A DNA stretch of 64,000 bases from Longimicrobiales bacterium. Lineage in GTDB: Bacteria > Gemmatimonadota > Gemmatimonadetes > Longimicrobiales > Gaopeijiaceae. Shown in pieces: positions 1 through 11,146 of this stretch. Within the stretch, counting starts at the first letter, position 1; the number at the start of each line of letters is the position of its first letter. Location: contig OZ242008.1 of the NCBI GenBank assembly GCA_965204735.1, positions 2,016,001-2,080,000 on the forward strand, given 5' to 3'. A program made the position numbers and the translations under genes. Below the pieces are notes generated by a model, which saw only the letters and a list, made by a program, of their open reading frames with translations, was not told where the DNA came from and did no database searches.

Positions 1-1213
<1,213 letters not shown>

Positions 1214-1384
1214 AGATCGCTTGAACAGCTCTTGCGAACACCGGACCTTCTTTCAGGTCCCTTGTTCGGAATCTGCGTTGGTTGACCCCATCGCCAAGAC
1301 CCCGGCCGAAACCGAAGACCGGCGAAAAACCGGCAGGACACAGTGCCCGCCGGCGGAGGGGCCCGCCCGCTTCTCATGACCTAG

Positions 1385-1395
1385 ACTGTCAAGAA
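1385..1395 (-). promoter_or_regulatory. boxA-like antitermination motif in the rRNA leader
   Basis: TTCTTGACAGT on the minus strand between the putative rrn promoter and the 16S start; loose match to boxA. Confidence 0.4.
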
Positions 1396-1487
1396 ACCGC
1401 GCTGGGGCTCGGGAGCCCCGGAACCGAAGCGACCCGGGAACCGCTCGTGTGGATGGAGCCGCCCCAAGGCGTCGCTGGGAAGCTTGA

Positions 1488-1516
1488 AGGGTACAACGGC
1501 CCGGCAGGGCTGTCAA
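1488..1516 (-). promoter_or_regulatory. putative sigma70 promoter of the rRNA operon
   Basis: TTGACA (1516-1511), 17-nt spacer, TACCCT (1493-1488), about 280 nt upstream of the 16S. Confidence 0.7.
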
Positions 1517-1534
1517 CGCCCTGGCCGAAGCGAA

Positions 1535-1610
1535 GGGTGGGCGACCGGATTCGAACCGGCGACCTCCGGAACCACAATCCGGCGCTCTAACCGACTGAGC
1601 TACGCCCACC
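1535..1610 (-). tRNA. tRNA-His (GTG)
   Basis: GGTGGGCGTAGCTCAGTCGGTTAGAGCGCCGGATTGTGGTTCCGGAGGTCGCCGGTTCGAATCCGGTCGCCCACCC: cloverleaf, GTG anticodon, G-1; CCA not encoded. Confidence 0.97.
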
Positions 1611-1939
1611 ATCGTCCCCCCCGGCGGCCTGGAAGTCGTCCCCCCGGCAGGCCGGAAGCGGCTTCCACGCCGGCCGAGGAAGGGCGCCCCCGACAAGCTG
1701 GCGCCGCCGAACTCCCGAACGACGAGAACGACGAACGGACCGCCGAGCCGGAAGAAGGAAGGTAGGTCATCGGCTCTGTCGCGCAAGCCCGCCAGGCTGC
1801 ACTCGCCCCGCCGAGGCCGCCGACCCGCTTGCCCCGCCGGCGCCGGCCTTCGTACTCTGCCCCTTCCCGCCCGGCCTGCTTGGAGCCCGCGCGCCGACGC
1901 GCGGCCTGGGTGCGACCCCACGACCATGGAGTGAACGGA

Positions 1940-3469
1940 ATGATCCCCCGACCCGCCCTTTCGGCCGCCGTCGCGTTCGTCGCGTTCGGATGCGCTCCCC
2001 CCGACGACGGCTTCCAAGCCGACGACGGAGCAGGCGCCCCTCTCCCCGCCGGCAGCGACGCGGCCGCCGTCGCCGCCAGGGGCGAGGCCCTGGAGATTCC
2101 CGGCGAATGGGTCGTCCCGCCCGGCGACTCCATGCTCCATCACACCGCCGGATTCGCAAAGGTCCTTTGCTCGAACGTCTTCCTCTCGGGACTGGACCCG
2201 GCGTTCGCCGCCGCCAACACGGGCTTCTTCTCGTCCCCCAGGGAACCCCGGGCGGCGGTGACCGACACGGTGGTGGACTTCGAGAACAAGCGCGTCCACC
2301 TCGCGCTGCCCGACGGAACGGTCCGTTCGGCCAAGCTCCACGGCGGGCAGGGCTGCGTCGCGCTCCCCCTTGGCGAGTCGGAGCCCTTCTACGACGCCGT
2401 GGAGATCGAGGCCGACCTGCCGGACCCGGAGACCGCTCCTTGGCCCATGGGCGACCTCCTTCCCGGCGAGCCCTTCCCCGCCGACGTGGACATGGACAAG
2501 GTGGCGCAGGCGGTGGACGCCGCCTTCGATCCGCCCGAGGCCCTCACCGCGGCGTTCGTGGTCGTCCACCGGGGACGGCTCCTGGGAGAGCGGTACCGCC
2601 AAGGGATCGACCACGCGACTCCTTTGGAGAGCTGGTCGATGGGAAAGAGCCTGACGGGGACCCTGATGGGCGTGCTGATCCAGAAGGGCGTGTACGACCT
2701 CTGGCAACCGGCCCCGGTTCCCGAGTGGCAGTCCGAGGGCGACCCCCGGCAGGCCGTGCGGATCGGCGACGTGATGCGCATGTCGTCCGGGCTGCGCTTC
2801 CGCAACCGCAGCGACCCCGGCTACGACCCCTCCGTCGGCTACCCCGACCACCTCTACGTCTACACGGGCACCGTCAACTCGTTCCAGTGGGCGGCGAGCA
2901 AGGATCTCCAATGGGAGCCGGGAACCGTCGGCCGCTACCGGAACTCGGATCCGGTGATCACCAACTACCTGATCCGCCTGGGCGTGGAGCGTCTCGGCGA
3001 GAACTACCACGAGTTCCCCCAGCGCCACCTCTTCGACAAGCTGGGCATCCGCAACCTGATTCCCGAGACCGATCCCTACGGCAACTTCCTCCTCCAGGGC
3101 TACGAGTTCGGGAGCGGGCGCGACTGGGCTCGCCTGGGCGCCCTGTACCTTGCCGACGGCGTGGCGAACGGCGAACGGCTCCTGCCGGAGGGGTACGTGG
3201 AGTACGTCTCCACCTTGGCCCCCGGGTGGGAGGCCGACGGGCGCCACCAGTACGGAGGCGGCTTCTTCTGGGTGAACCAGGCCGGGCAGTTCCCCGTTCC
3301 CGAGAGCGCGTTCTTCATGGCCGGGGCCGGAGGGCAGTACACCATCGTGGTCCCCAGCCACGACTTGGTGGTGGTGCGCCTTGGCCACTACAGCGGATCG
3401 GGTCCGGGCCGGAGCGCGCTGGACAACGCGCTGGGCATGCTGATGGAGGCGGTCCCGACGGCGGGCTGA
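1940..3469 (+). CDS. serine hydrolase, beta-lactamase class C / NylB-like, probable lipoprotein
   Basis: SMGK (SxxK) and YRN motifs, AGAGGQY C-terminal motif, N-terminal lipobox AFGC. Confidence 0.9.
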   Translation: MIPRPALSAAVAFVAFGCAPPDDGFQADDGAGAPLPAGSDAAAVAARGEALEIPGEWVVPPGDSMLHHTAGFAKVLCSNVFLSGLDPAFAAANTGFFSSPREPRAAVTDTVVDFENKRVHLALPDGTVRSAKLHGGQGCVALPLGESEPFYDAVEIEADLPDPETAPWPMGDLLPGEPFPADVDMDKVAQAVDAAFDPPEALTAAFVVVHRGRLLGERYRQGIDHATPLESWSMGKSLTGTLMGVLIQKGVYDLWQPAPVPEWQSEGDPRQAVRIGDVMRMSSGLRFRNRSDPGYDPSVGYPDHLYVYTGTVNSFQWAASKDLQWEPGTVGRYRNSDPVITNYLIRLGVERLGENYHEFPQRHLFDKLGIRNLIPETDPYGNFLLQGYEFGSGRDWARLGALYLADGVANGERLLPEGYVEYVSTLAPGWEADGRHQYGGGFFWVNQAGQFPVPESAFFMAGAGGQYTIVVPSHDLVVVRLGHYSGSGPGRSALDNALGMLMEAVPTAG

Positions 3470-3478
3470 CCGCCCGGA

Positions 3479-3552
3479 CGCGCCCGCCAGGACTCGAACC
3501 TGGGACCCTCGGCTTAGAAGGCCGATGCTCTATCCGTCTGAGCTACGGGCGC
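3479..3552 (-). tRNA. tRNA-Arg (TCT)
   Basis: GCGCCCGTAGCTCAGACGGATAGAGCATCGGCCTTCTAAGCCGAGGGTCCCAGGTTCGAGTCCTGGCGGGCGCG: cloverleaf with TCT anticodon. Confidence 0.97.
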
Positions 3553-3692
3553 ATCGCGACGTCGGAAGCTAACCGCGGAAGGCGAGGCCGTTCCAGGACG
3601 CGGGGCCGGAGAGACCGGGCGGGATGCCCGTCGCCGGAGTCCGGGCCCCTCGTCGGGCCGGGGAGGGCGCCCGCTCGCCGCTGCCAGGCGCG

Positions 3693-3776
3693 CGCCCCCG
3701 CGGGAGAGGTGGCGGCGCCAGATTGCCGCCGATCCGGCAGTTTGACAGCCGCACGCCCCCGCGGGAGAGGTGGCGG
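3693..3776. repeat. 23-bp direct repeat, two copies
   Basis: cgcccccgcgggagaggtggcgg at 3693-3715 and 3754-3776. Confidence 0.8.
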
Positions 3777-3900
3777 GCCGGGCCGGACGGCGCGACATTC
3801 CTGAAGCTTGCCGAACGCGGAATCTTCTCGGCCGCGCGGTCCCGCCCGCTGCGGCGAGCCGCCTGCAGAATCGCTCTCCGACCCGGAAGACGAGCCCGTC

Positions 3901-4101
3901 ATGCCAGACCGACGCTCCCAGTGGGAGGACACGGCCTTCTTCGTGGGCACCCTGACGCTGATCGCCGGCGGCGGGCTCGTGATCCAGGCGGGGCTGGAGC
4001 TCCCGCCCTTGCAGGCCAAGCTGGTGTGGGGCGGCGTCGGCCTCCTGTGGGGCGCAGTGCTGATCAGGGTGTGGATCTTCCGCGAGGGCAGGAGAGGCTG
4101 A
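3901..4101 (+). CDS. small hypothetical membrane protein (2 TM)
   Basis: 66 aa, two hydrophobic segments, GC3-rich codons. Confidence 0.65.
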   Translation: MPDRRSQWEDTAFFVGTLTLIAGGGLVIQAGLELPPLQAKLVWGGVGLLWGAVLIRVWIFREGRRG

Positions 4102-4131
4102 CGGACCTCTCCCGGGCGAGGCGGCGCCGGA

Positions 4132-4968
4132 CTAGGCGCCGGTCGTGCCCGTCGCTTGAAGCTTCTCGGGCTCGCCGGCGGAGGAGGAGCGGTCCGCCTT
4201 CCCCTCCAGGCTGGCCTTCAGCGCCTCCATGAGGTCGATGATCTTCGTGTCCGGCTCGGCGGCGGGCGCCACCGTGATCTGCTCGCCTTCGATCTTCCGC
4301 TCGATGAGGGCCATCACCCGCTCCCGGACCTCGTCCTTGTAGAGGGACGGGTCGAAGGAGTCGCTGCTTGCCTGGTCCACCAGCTGACGCGCCAGGGCCA
4401 GCTCCGCCTCGGCCACCTCCCCGTCCTCCCTGGGAACGTCCTCGAACGAGCGAACTTCGTCGGCGTAGAGGAGCTGTTCCATGACCAGCCCCTCTTTCTC
4501 GGGCCGAATCGCCACCAAGTACTGCTTCCCCCTCGCGGAGTAGCGCGCCACGGCCGTCTTCCCCGAGTCCAGGAGCGCGGCCGACAGCAGCCGGTACGCC
4601 CGGGCGCCCCCCGTTGCCGGGCCCAGGTAGTAGGCGCGCTGCAAGTAGAGGCGCTCGATCTCCTTGGCCGGGACGAACTCGACGATCTCGATCGAGTCAT
4701 TCGACTGGGCCTCCAGAGCCTTGAGCTCGTCGGCCTCGAAGGTCACGAACTGGTCCTTGGCGAACTCGTACCCCTTGATCATCTTCTCGCGAGGCACCAC
4801 TTCGCCGGTCTGCACGTCCACGTACTGCTGCTTGACCCTGGCTCCCGTCTCCTTGTTGATCCAATTGAAGCGCACCTTTGCCGACGACTGCCCGGTGGCG
4901 TACAGCTTCACCGGCAGGGAGACCAACCCGAAGGAGATCGTGGACGCGGCAATCGGTCGAGCGCTCAT
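4132..4968 (-). CDS. ku: NHEJ DNA end-binding protein Ku
   Basis: ISFGLVSLPVKLY, IKGYE, IEIVEFV, AYYLGP and IIDLMEALKASL motifs; adjacent to ligD. Alternative start 4980. Confidence 0.96.
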   Translation of the reverse strand: MSARPIAASTISFGLVSLPVKLYATGQSSAKVRFNWINKETGARVKQQYVDVQTGEVVPREKMIKGYEFAKDQFVTFEADELKALEAQSNDSIEIVEFVPAKEIERLYLQRAYYLGPATGGARAYRLLSAALLDSGKTAVARYSARGKQYLVAIRPEKEGLVMEQLLYADEVRSFEDVPREDGEVAEAELALARQLVDQASSDSFDPSLYKDEVRERVMALIERKIEGEQITVAPAAEPDTKIIDLMEALKASLEGKADRSSSAGEPEKLQATGTTGA

Positions 4969-4980
4969 GGGAGGAAACAT

Positions 4981-7623
4981 ATGACGGCCCAGGCGGAAGG
5001 ATCAAGGGCGGGCGCTGGACCAGGCGGGGGCGCGCCGAACGAAGCCGCGGGGCACGCCTCGGGACGCCCCGAGTCAAGCGGCCGCCTCGACAACTACAGG
5101 GCGAAGCGGTCGCCGTCGGGAACCGGCGAGCCCTTCGGCGGACGCCCGGGCGACGCGGGTCCCGGCAGCGAGGCCCTCGGGCGGCGGCTCTTCGTCGTCC
5201 AGAAGCACAGCGCCACCGCCCTCCACTGGGACTTTCGGATGGAGATGGACGGCGTGCTCGTCTCCTGGGCCGTTCCCAAGGGTCCTTCGCCGAACCAAGC
5301 CGACAAGCGCTTGGCCGTCCACGTCGAGGACCACCCGCTGGAGTACGCGAGCTTCGAGGGGGTGATCCCCAAGGGCAACTACGGGGCCGGCGCCATGATC
5401 GTGTGGGACCGGGGCACGTGGGTTCCCGTGGAGGACCCGGGCGAAGGCATGAAGAAGGGCAAGCTCCTCTTCGACCTGAACGGCTACAAGCTGCGGGGGC
5501 GGTGGACGCTGGTGCGGACGAAGGCGGGGGCCGGAAAGCACTGGCTCCTCATCAAGGAGCGCGACGCCTACGAAGACCCGGCAGGGTCCACCGGCGACTA
5601 CCCCGACGACTCGATCCTCTCGGGGCTGACCGTGGACGAGCTCGGCGAGGGGGGCGACTTCGGGGCGGAGCTGCGCGAGCGGTGCGTCGGTTGGGGGGCG
5701 GTCGCTTCCTCGGCGAGGGCGACCGAGATCGCGGTGATGACGGCCGAGAGCAGCGACCAGCCCTTTTCCCGCGAGGGATGGGTCTTCGAGATCAAGCACG
5801 ACGGCTACCGGTTGCTGGCCGACTCTTCGGGAGGAGCTGCGACCCTGGTCTCGCGCAACGGAAACGACCTGACCGCGACCTTCCCCGAGGTTGCCCGGGC
5901 GCTGCGGGGCCTGCCCTACCGCTCGCTGACGATGGACGGCGAGGTGGTGGTGGCCGACGAGACCGGAATCCCGCGCTTCGGGCTGATCCAGAAGAGGGGC
6001 CGAATTCTTCGCCAAGCCGACGCGGAACGGGCCGCGCTGCGCCTGCCCGCCACGTACTGGGCGTTCGACCTGCTGGCGTTCGAGGGACACGACCTGAGGG
6101 AGCTGCCGCTGCTGAGGCGGAAGGAGCTCTTGAGGGAGGTGCTTCCCACGGTCGGACCGCTCCGCTACTCCGACCACGTGGCCGAGCGCGGCGAGGAGAT
6201 GTTCCGCCACGTGACCGACCTGGGGCTGGAAGGCGTCGTCGGCAAGCGCGCCGACTCGACCTACGTGGCCGGCCGCAGCCGCTCGTGGCTGAAGGTGCGG
6301 CAAGTGCGTTCCGGCGACTTCGCGATTCACGGCTTCACCGAACCCAAGAGGGGGATCCGGGGCTTCGGCGCCCTCCACTTGGCAGTGCGCGGCGACGAGG
6401 GGTTCGTGTACGCAGGTCGGGTGGGAACCGGCTTCTCGGAGGCGCTCCTGCGGGAGCTGGGGGACCGCCTGCGGGCCATGCCCGAGGCGAGGCCGCCGAG
6501 GGGCGAGAAGGCGCCGAACACCGAGCGCGACCGATGGGTGGCGCCCGAGCTGGTGGCCGAAGTGGAGTTCAAGGAAGTCTCGGCGGCGGGGCTGTTGAGG
6601 GAGCCCGCCTTCGTGCGCCTGCGCGACGACAAGTCGCCGGAGGAGTGTGGCGCCGCCGAGTGGAGCCGGGCGCTGCCGGAGCCCGCGCCGCCCACCGCTT
6701 CCGCCGGATCGGAGCGGGCGGTCCGCTTCTCCAACTTGGAGAAGCCCTTCTGGCCGGACGACGGATACGCGAAGAGGGACTTGGTGGAGTACTACCGAGC
6801 GGTGGCGCCGTGGCTGCTCCCCCACTTGGCGGATCGACCGCTGGTGCTCACTCGCTACCCCGACGGGATTCACGGCAAGTCGTTCTTTCAGAAGAACGCG
6901 CCGGAGCACGCGCCGGAGTGGATTCGGCGGATCCGCGTCTACAGCGAGGGGTCGAAGCGCGAGCTCGACTACTTCGTGGCCGAGGACCTGGAGTCCCTGC
7001 TGTGGGTGGCCAACAGCGCCAGCATTCCCCTTCACGTGTGGCAGAGCCGAACTGCCGACCTGGGGCGACCGGACTACTGCGTCCTGGACCTGGACCCCAA
7101 GGAGGCGCCGTTCTCGGACGTGGCGAGGATCGCCCTCTTCCTCAAGGAAGTGTGCGACGAGATCGGACTCCCCGCGTTCGTCAAGACCAGCGGCTCCACC
7201 GGGCTCCACGTCATGATTCCCCTGGGCCGCCAAGCCACCTACGAGCAGTCCCGACGCCTGGGAAACATCCTGGCGCTGGCGGCCGTTCGGGAGCTGCCCG
7301 ACGCGGCCACCGTGGCCCGCCGTCCCGAGCAGCGCGAGGGAAAGGTCTACGTGGACTTCGTGCAGAACGGCCACGGCCGGCTGGTCGTGGCGCCCTACTG
7401 CGTGCGGCCCCTGCCCCGGGCCCCGGTGTCGACGCCCTTGGAATGGGAAGAAGTGAACGGGCGCCTAGTGATCGCCGACCACAACATCAAGACGGTGCCG
7501 GAGCGGATGGCCCGCCGAGGGACCGATCCTCTGGACGGACTGCTGGCGCTGAAGCCGGACTTGGGCCGCAGCCTCGACGGCCTTCGCGCGACCCTGCTTG
7601 CCCAGCGGTCGCCGACTCCATGA
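4981..7623 (+). CDS. ligD: DNA ligase D (phosphoesterase-ligase-polymerase)
   Basis: PE domain (FVVQKHSATALHWDFR, VEDHPLEY), ligase KHDG motif and LEGVVGK, polymerase domain (RYPDG, DLDP, KTSGSTGLH); GGAGG RBS at ~4970. Confidence 0.96.
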   Translation: MTAQAEGSRAGAGPGGGAPNEAAGHASGRPESSGRLDNYRAKRSPSGTGEPFGGRPGDAGPGSEALGRRLFVVQKHSATALHWDFRMEMDGVLVSWAVPKGPSPNQADKRLAVHVEDHPLEYASFEGVIPKGNYGAGAMIVWDRGTWVPVEDPGEGMKKGKLLFDLNGYKLRGRWTLVRTKAGAGKHWLLIKERDAYEDPAGSTGDYPDDSILSGLTVDELGEGGDFGAELRERCVGWGAVASSARATEIAVMTAESSDQPFSREGWVFEIKHDGYRLLADSSGGAATLVSRNGNDLTATFPEVARALRGLPYRSLTMDGEVVVADETGIPRFGLIQKRGRILRQADAERAALRLPATYWAFDLLAFEGHDLRELPLLRRKELLREVLPTVGPLRYSDHVAERGEEMFRHVTDLGLEGVVGKRADSTYVAGRSRSWLKVRQVRSGDFAIHGFTEPKRGIRGFGALHLAVRGDEGFVYAGRVGTGFSEALLRELGDRLRAMPEARPPRGEKAPNTERDRWVAPELVAEVEFKEVSAAGLLREPAFVRLRDDKSPEECGAAEWSRALPEPAPPTASAGSERAVRFSNLEKPFWPDDGYAKRDLVEYYRAVAPWLLPHLADRPLVLTRYPDGIHGKSFFQKNAPEHAPEWIRRIRVYSEGSKRELDYFVAEDLESLLWVANSASIPLHVWQSRTADLGRPDYCVLDLDPKEAPFSDVARIALFLKEVCDEIGLPAFVKTSGSTGLHVMIPLGRQATYEQSRRLGNILALAAVRELPDAATVARRPEQREGKVYVDFVQNGHGRLVVAPYCVRPLPRAPVSTPLEWEEVNGRLVIADHNIKTVPERMARRGTDPLDGLLALKPDLGRSLDGLRATLLAQRSPTP

Positions 7624-7678
7624 CCCGGCCGGCACGCGCGCAGTCCTTCCGTAGGGGCACGCGGCCGGTCCTGCCGGA

Positions 7679-9001
7679 TCAGGACTGATCGGACGCCGAG
7701 ATGCCGTAGCGGCGCAGGGTGTTCTCGATCGTCGGCCGCTCGAGGCGGATGCGGTCGTCGTTGAGGAGGCAGGAGAAGACGTATCCGGCGCCCAGCATCA
7801 GGATGCCAACCAGGAAGCAGTACATCACCGCCCGATCCGGGTAGGTGTCCTTGAGGTACCCGACGTACATCGGCCCCACGATCCCGGCGGCCGCCCACGC
7901 GGTCAGGATCGCTCCGTACACCGCCGACATCCGCTTGCCGCCGAAGACGTCCAGCACGAACGACGGCATGGTGGCGAAGCCGCCGCCGAAGCACAGGAGG
8001 ACGTAGCACACGAGGGCGGAGAAGACCCACGGGTTCTCCTCGGTCATGAGAAGGCCGAAGACGATCATCTGGCTGGCCAGAAGCACGCGGAAGACCTGGA
8101 CGCGGCCCAAGCGGTCCGAGAGCAGTCCCCAAAAGAGCCGTCCGACCCCGTTGAAGAGCGAGCTCACGGCGATCAGGGTGGCGCCGTAGGCGGCCAGCGT
8201 GGCCGGTTCCAGAGTCGGATCGGCGTACCCCCACACCTCCTGCAGCAGCTCGGACTGGAAGCTGATCACCGAGATGCCCGCGGCGATGTTGAAGAAGAAG
8301 ACCACCCACATGATCGCGAACTCGGACGACGCCAAGTAGCGCCGCACCGACACTTCGCGGGGACCGTAGGACTCGCTCCGGCTTCGGGACTGCGCGGCTT
8401 GCTCGACGGGCTCGCCCGGCGGATTGCTCAGCACGAGGCTGCAAGGCACCAGGATGCAGGCGAAGAGGACGCCCAGCCACATGAAGACCTTGGACAAGTC
8501 GCCGTCCGTGTACTCGACCAGGAACGGAGCGAACCCCTTGCTCAGCAGGAAGGCGCCGACGCCGAACCCCATCACCACGATCCCCGTCACCAGTCCCTTG
8601 CGGTCCGGAAACCACTTGGCCGCCGTGGCGACCGGGGTCACGTAGCCGAAGCCGATCCCCGCGCCCCCTATGGCGCCGTAGCCCAGGTAGAAGAGCGGCA
8701 CCATGTCGAGCCGAAGGGCGACGCCGGCGATGATGTAGCCGATCGAGAACATCAGGCTCCCGGCCACCGCCAGCTTGCGCGGCCCCACCCGGGGAAGCGC
8801 CGACCCCGCCCACGCCGCGGAGATGCCCAGCGAGAAGATGGCGATGCTGAACGCCATCGAGGTCTGGGAGTGGGTCCAGTTGAACTGGCGAACCAGGATG
8901 GTGCCGAAGTAGCTCCACGCGTAGACCGTGCCGAAGCAGACCTGAAGGAGCGTGCAGAAGAGGGCGACCAGGGCTCGCGAGGGCCCCCGTTTTCTCGACA
9001 T
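7679..9001 (-). CDS. MFS transporter, OFA (oxalate:formate antiporter) family
   Basis: About 12 TM; GTVYAWS, KWFPDRKGLVTG, NGVGRLFWGLLSDRLGR and FGGGFA motifs. Confidence 0.92.
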   Translation of the reverse strand: MSRKRGPSRALVALFCTLLQVCFGTVYAWSYFGTILVRQFNWTHSQTSMAFSIAIFSLGISAAWAGSALPRVGPRKLAVAGSLMFSIGYIIAGVALRLDMVPLFYLGYGAIGGAGIGFGYVTPVATAAKWFPDRKGLVTGIVVMGFGVGAFLLSKGFAPFLVEYTDGDLSKVFMWLGVLFACILVPCSLVLSNPPGEPVEQAAQSRSRSESYGPREVSVRRYLASSEFAIMWVVFFFNIAAGISVISFQSELLQEVWGYADPTLEPATLAAYGATLIAVSSLFNGVGRLFWGLLSDRLGRVQVFRVLLASQMIVFGLLMTEENPWVFSALVCYVLLCFGGGFATMPSFVLDVFGGKRMSAVYGAILTAWAAAGIVGPMYVGYLKDTYPDRAVMYCFLVGILMLGAGYVFSCLLNDDRIRLERPTIENTLRRYGISASDQS

Positions 9002-9013
9002 CGGCGTTGCCTG

Positions 9014-9766
9014 CTAGCTCGCGCTTCCCGGAGGCGCGCTCCGCCGTCCGCCCCCTTCGACGCCTCCCGCCAAGTGGACGAAGAGCCTCGCCAGCTGCCC
9101 GACTTCGTCGTCGCGCTCCAGCACCTTCTTGCCTCCGGCGCCGCCGGCGTCCGGGCGCCGGGCCAACTCCACCGCGAAGCCCAGCAGCTCGCCCAGGGGC
9201 TTGGCCGCCAAGTTGACGAACCAGATCGCGGCCAGGACGCCGATCACCAGGATGATGGAGATGAGGGCCGCCTGCTGGCCGATCGCCCGCTGGACCTTCA
9301 GCGCCACCAAGTCCGTGTCCATGCCCACGCGGACGGTGCCCGCCACGCCGGCCAAGATCGGACTGCCCACCTCCACGAAGTCGCCGATCCCGGGGAGGCT
9401 CCGCTCCATCGTCTCGGAGGTGACCTCGTTCGCGCGGATCTCGTCCCGTATCTGCTCCGGTATGCCGGGGACGAAGGTGTGGGCCAGGGCCTCGCCCGCT
9501 TCGCTGACGATGTAGATGTACCGGATGCCCTGGAGCTCGCGGTACTGGTCGATCAGCGACTGGAGGGTGGACATGTCGCGGTTCAGGAGGATGTCCACGC
9601 TGGAGTCTGCGATCGTCTTGGCGATGCTCTGGCTGTTGCTCTCGTACTCTTCCGAGAGGTGCTTGTCGACGGTGTAGATGCACAGGATCGACGTGGAGAG
9701 GACGATCAAGCCGAAGAGGGAGAAGACGCCGAAGAGGGTCTTCTGAAAGAGCTTGCGGACTTTCAC
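9014..9766 (-). CDS. membrane sensor-like protein with 2 TM and a HAMP domain, no output domain
   Basis: TM, extracytoplasmic domain, TM, then KPLGEL...RDDEVGQLARLF HAMP signature and a short tail. Confidence 0.8.
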   Translation of the reverse strand: MKVRKLFQKTLFGVFSLFGLIVLSTSILCIYTVDKHLSEEYESNSQSIAKTIADSSVDILLNRDMSTLQSLIDQYRELQGIRYIYIVSEAGEALAHTFVPGIPEQIRDEIRANEVTSETMERSLPGIGDFVEVGSPILAGVAGTVRVGMDTDLVALKVQRAIGQQAALISIILVIGVLAAIWFVNLAAKPLGELLGFAVELARRPDAGGAGGKKVLERDDEVGQLARLFVHLAGGVEGGGRRSAPPGSAS

Positions 9767-9767
9767 G

Positions 9768-11084
9768 CTAGGCCAGCCTCGCTTCCCAGTCGTCCAGAGT
9801 CACGAACCGTCCTTGGTCCACGACAGTGTAGTAGACGCGCTGCAGGCCCTGGCGACGCTCCGGTCCGAAGGAGACGCGCTCGCCCACGCCCAAGTCGTAG
9901 TCCTTGACCGAATAGACCGCCTCTTCCAGGCCGGAGCGCTGGGGGAGGTCCCCCAGTCGGTTCAGGATCTCCACCATGAGCTTCGCGTTCAGAAAGCCCT
10001 CCAAGCTCACGAAGCTGTGGGCGAAGGGCGTGTACGGCTCGTCGACGATCTCCTCCGGCACGGCGGGATCGTAGCGCTCCATGAAGTCCCGGTACTGCCT
10101 CACCGCAGGCATCGCGTCGTCCTCGTAGCTGGGCACCACTTGGGAGTTCACCAGCAGCCGCGTGTAGCGGGGCGCGTCCTCGCGGCCCTCCGACAGAAGC
10201 TGCAGGAGGTTCTCGCTTCCCACGAAGGAGAGGTTGGCGATCGGGACCCGGAGCCCCAGGTCCACGGCGTCGCGGGCGAAGGCGGCGCACGCGGCGTAGG
10301 CGCCGACGCAGATCACGGCGTCGGGCTGGGCCGACTGGAGGATCTCCACTTGACGGCGCATCGTCCCGGTGAACTTCTCTCCGCGGCTGTAGGTGGCCTC
10401 GCCCGCGATCCGTCCGCCGTGGACCGCCAGCGCTCGGCGAACCCCGGCCCACCCGCTCCGTCCGTAGGCGTCGGCCTGGTAGAAGACGGCGACGCGCCTT
10501 CGGCCGATCCGGACGAAGTTGTCCACCAGTCCAGCGGTTTCCTGCCGGTAGGAGGCCCGCAAGTTGAAGGCGAAGTCTCCGTAGGGCGGTTCCCGCTGCG
10601 GTTGGGCGCCGGTGAAGGGAAAGAAGAGGTAGACGTTTTCGTCCTGGAACTTCTTGAGCAGGGGCAGGACCCGGGTCACCGTGGGCGTTCCGACGTAGCC
10701 GAAGAGGAGGAACACCTGGTCCTCGATCATCAGCTGCACCGTGTTCTGGACCGACGGGTCGGGCTGGTATCCGTCGTCGTACATCTTCAGGACGATCTGG
10801 CGGCCCCTCACGCCGCCCGCCTGGTTGACGTGGGCGAAGTACGCCTGCGCGCCCCGGTAGAGCTCGATTCCCAACCCGCGGGATGGTCCGTTGAAGGCGG
10901 CCGAAACCCCCAGCACGATCTTGTCGTCGTCTTGGGCGAAGGGGTTGGAGCGCGCAGCGGAGCCGGCGCGGTTCGGGGCGGCGGCAAGAGGCGTCGGCGC
11001 CCTTCCCGACTTGGCCGGCAGGGCGAGCCATGGGGCCGCCGCGAGTCCTCCGACGCCGAACCGCAACATGGAACGGCGGGTCAT
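9768..11084 (-). CDS. periplasmic substrate-binding protein, LivJ/PBP1 type, Tat signal
   Basis: TRRSML twin-arginine signal; GGVRGRQIVL, DDGYQP and GYVGTPT motifs. Confidence 0.9.
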   Translation of the reverse strand: MTRRSMLRFGVGGLAAAPWLALPAKSGRAPTPLAAAPNRAGSAARSNPFAQDDDKIVLGVSAAFNGPSRGLGIELYRGAQAYFAHVNQAGGVRGRQIVLKMYDDGYQPDPSVQNTVQLMIEDQVFLLFGYVGTPTVTRVLPLLKKFQDENVYLFFPFTGAQPQREPPYGDFAFNLRASYRQETAGLVDNFVRIGRRRVAVFYQADAYGRSGWAGVRRALAVHGGRIAGEATYSRGEKFTGTMRRQVEILQSAQPDAVICVGAYAACAAFARDAVDLGLRVPIANLSFVGSENLLQLLSEGREDAPRYTRLLVNSQVVPSYEDDAMPAVRQYRDFMERYDPAVPEEIVDEPYTPFAHSFVSLEGFLNAKLMVEILNRLGDLPQRSGLEEAVYSVKDYDLGVGERVSFGPERRQGLQRVYYTVVDQGRFVTLDDWEARLA

Positions 11085-11146
11085 CGACCGCTCTCGGTCG
11101 GTGGGGAGCTTGTTGCCTTCTTTTCCGGCGGTTCCTGCTCGTGTCT

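Noticed and set aside
1535..3552. tRNAs as integration sites for an island
   Set aside because: No integrase and no duplicated tRNA 3' end seen.
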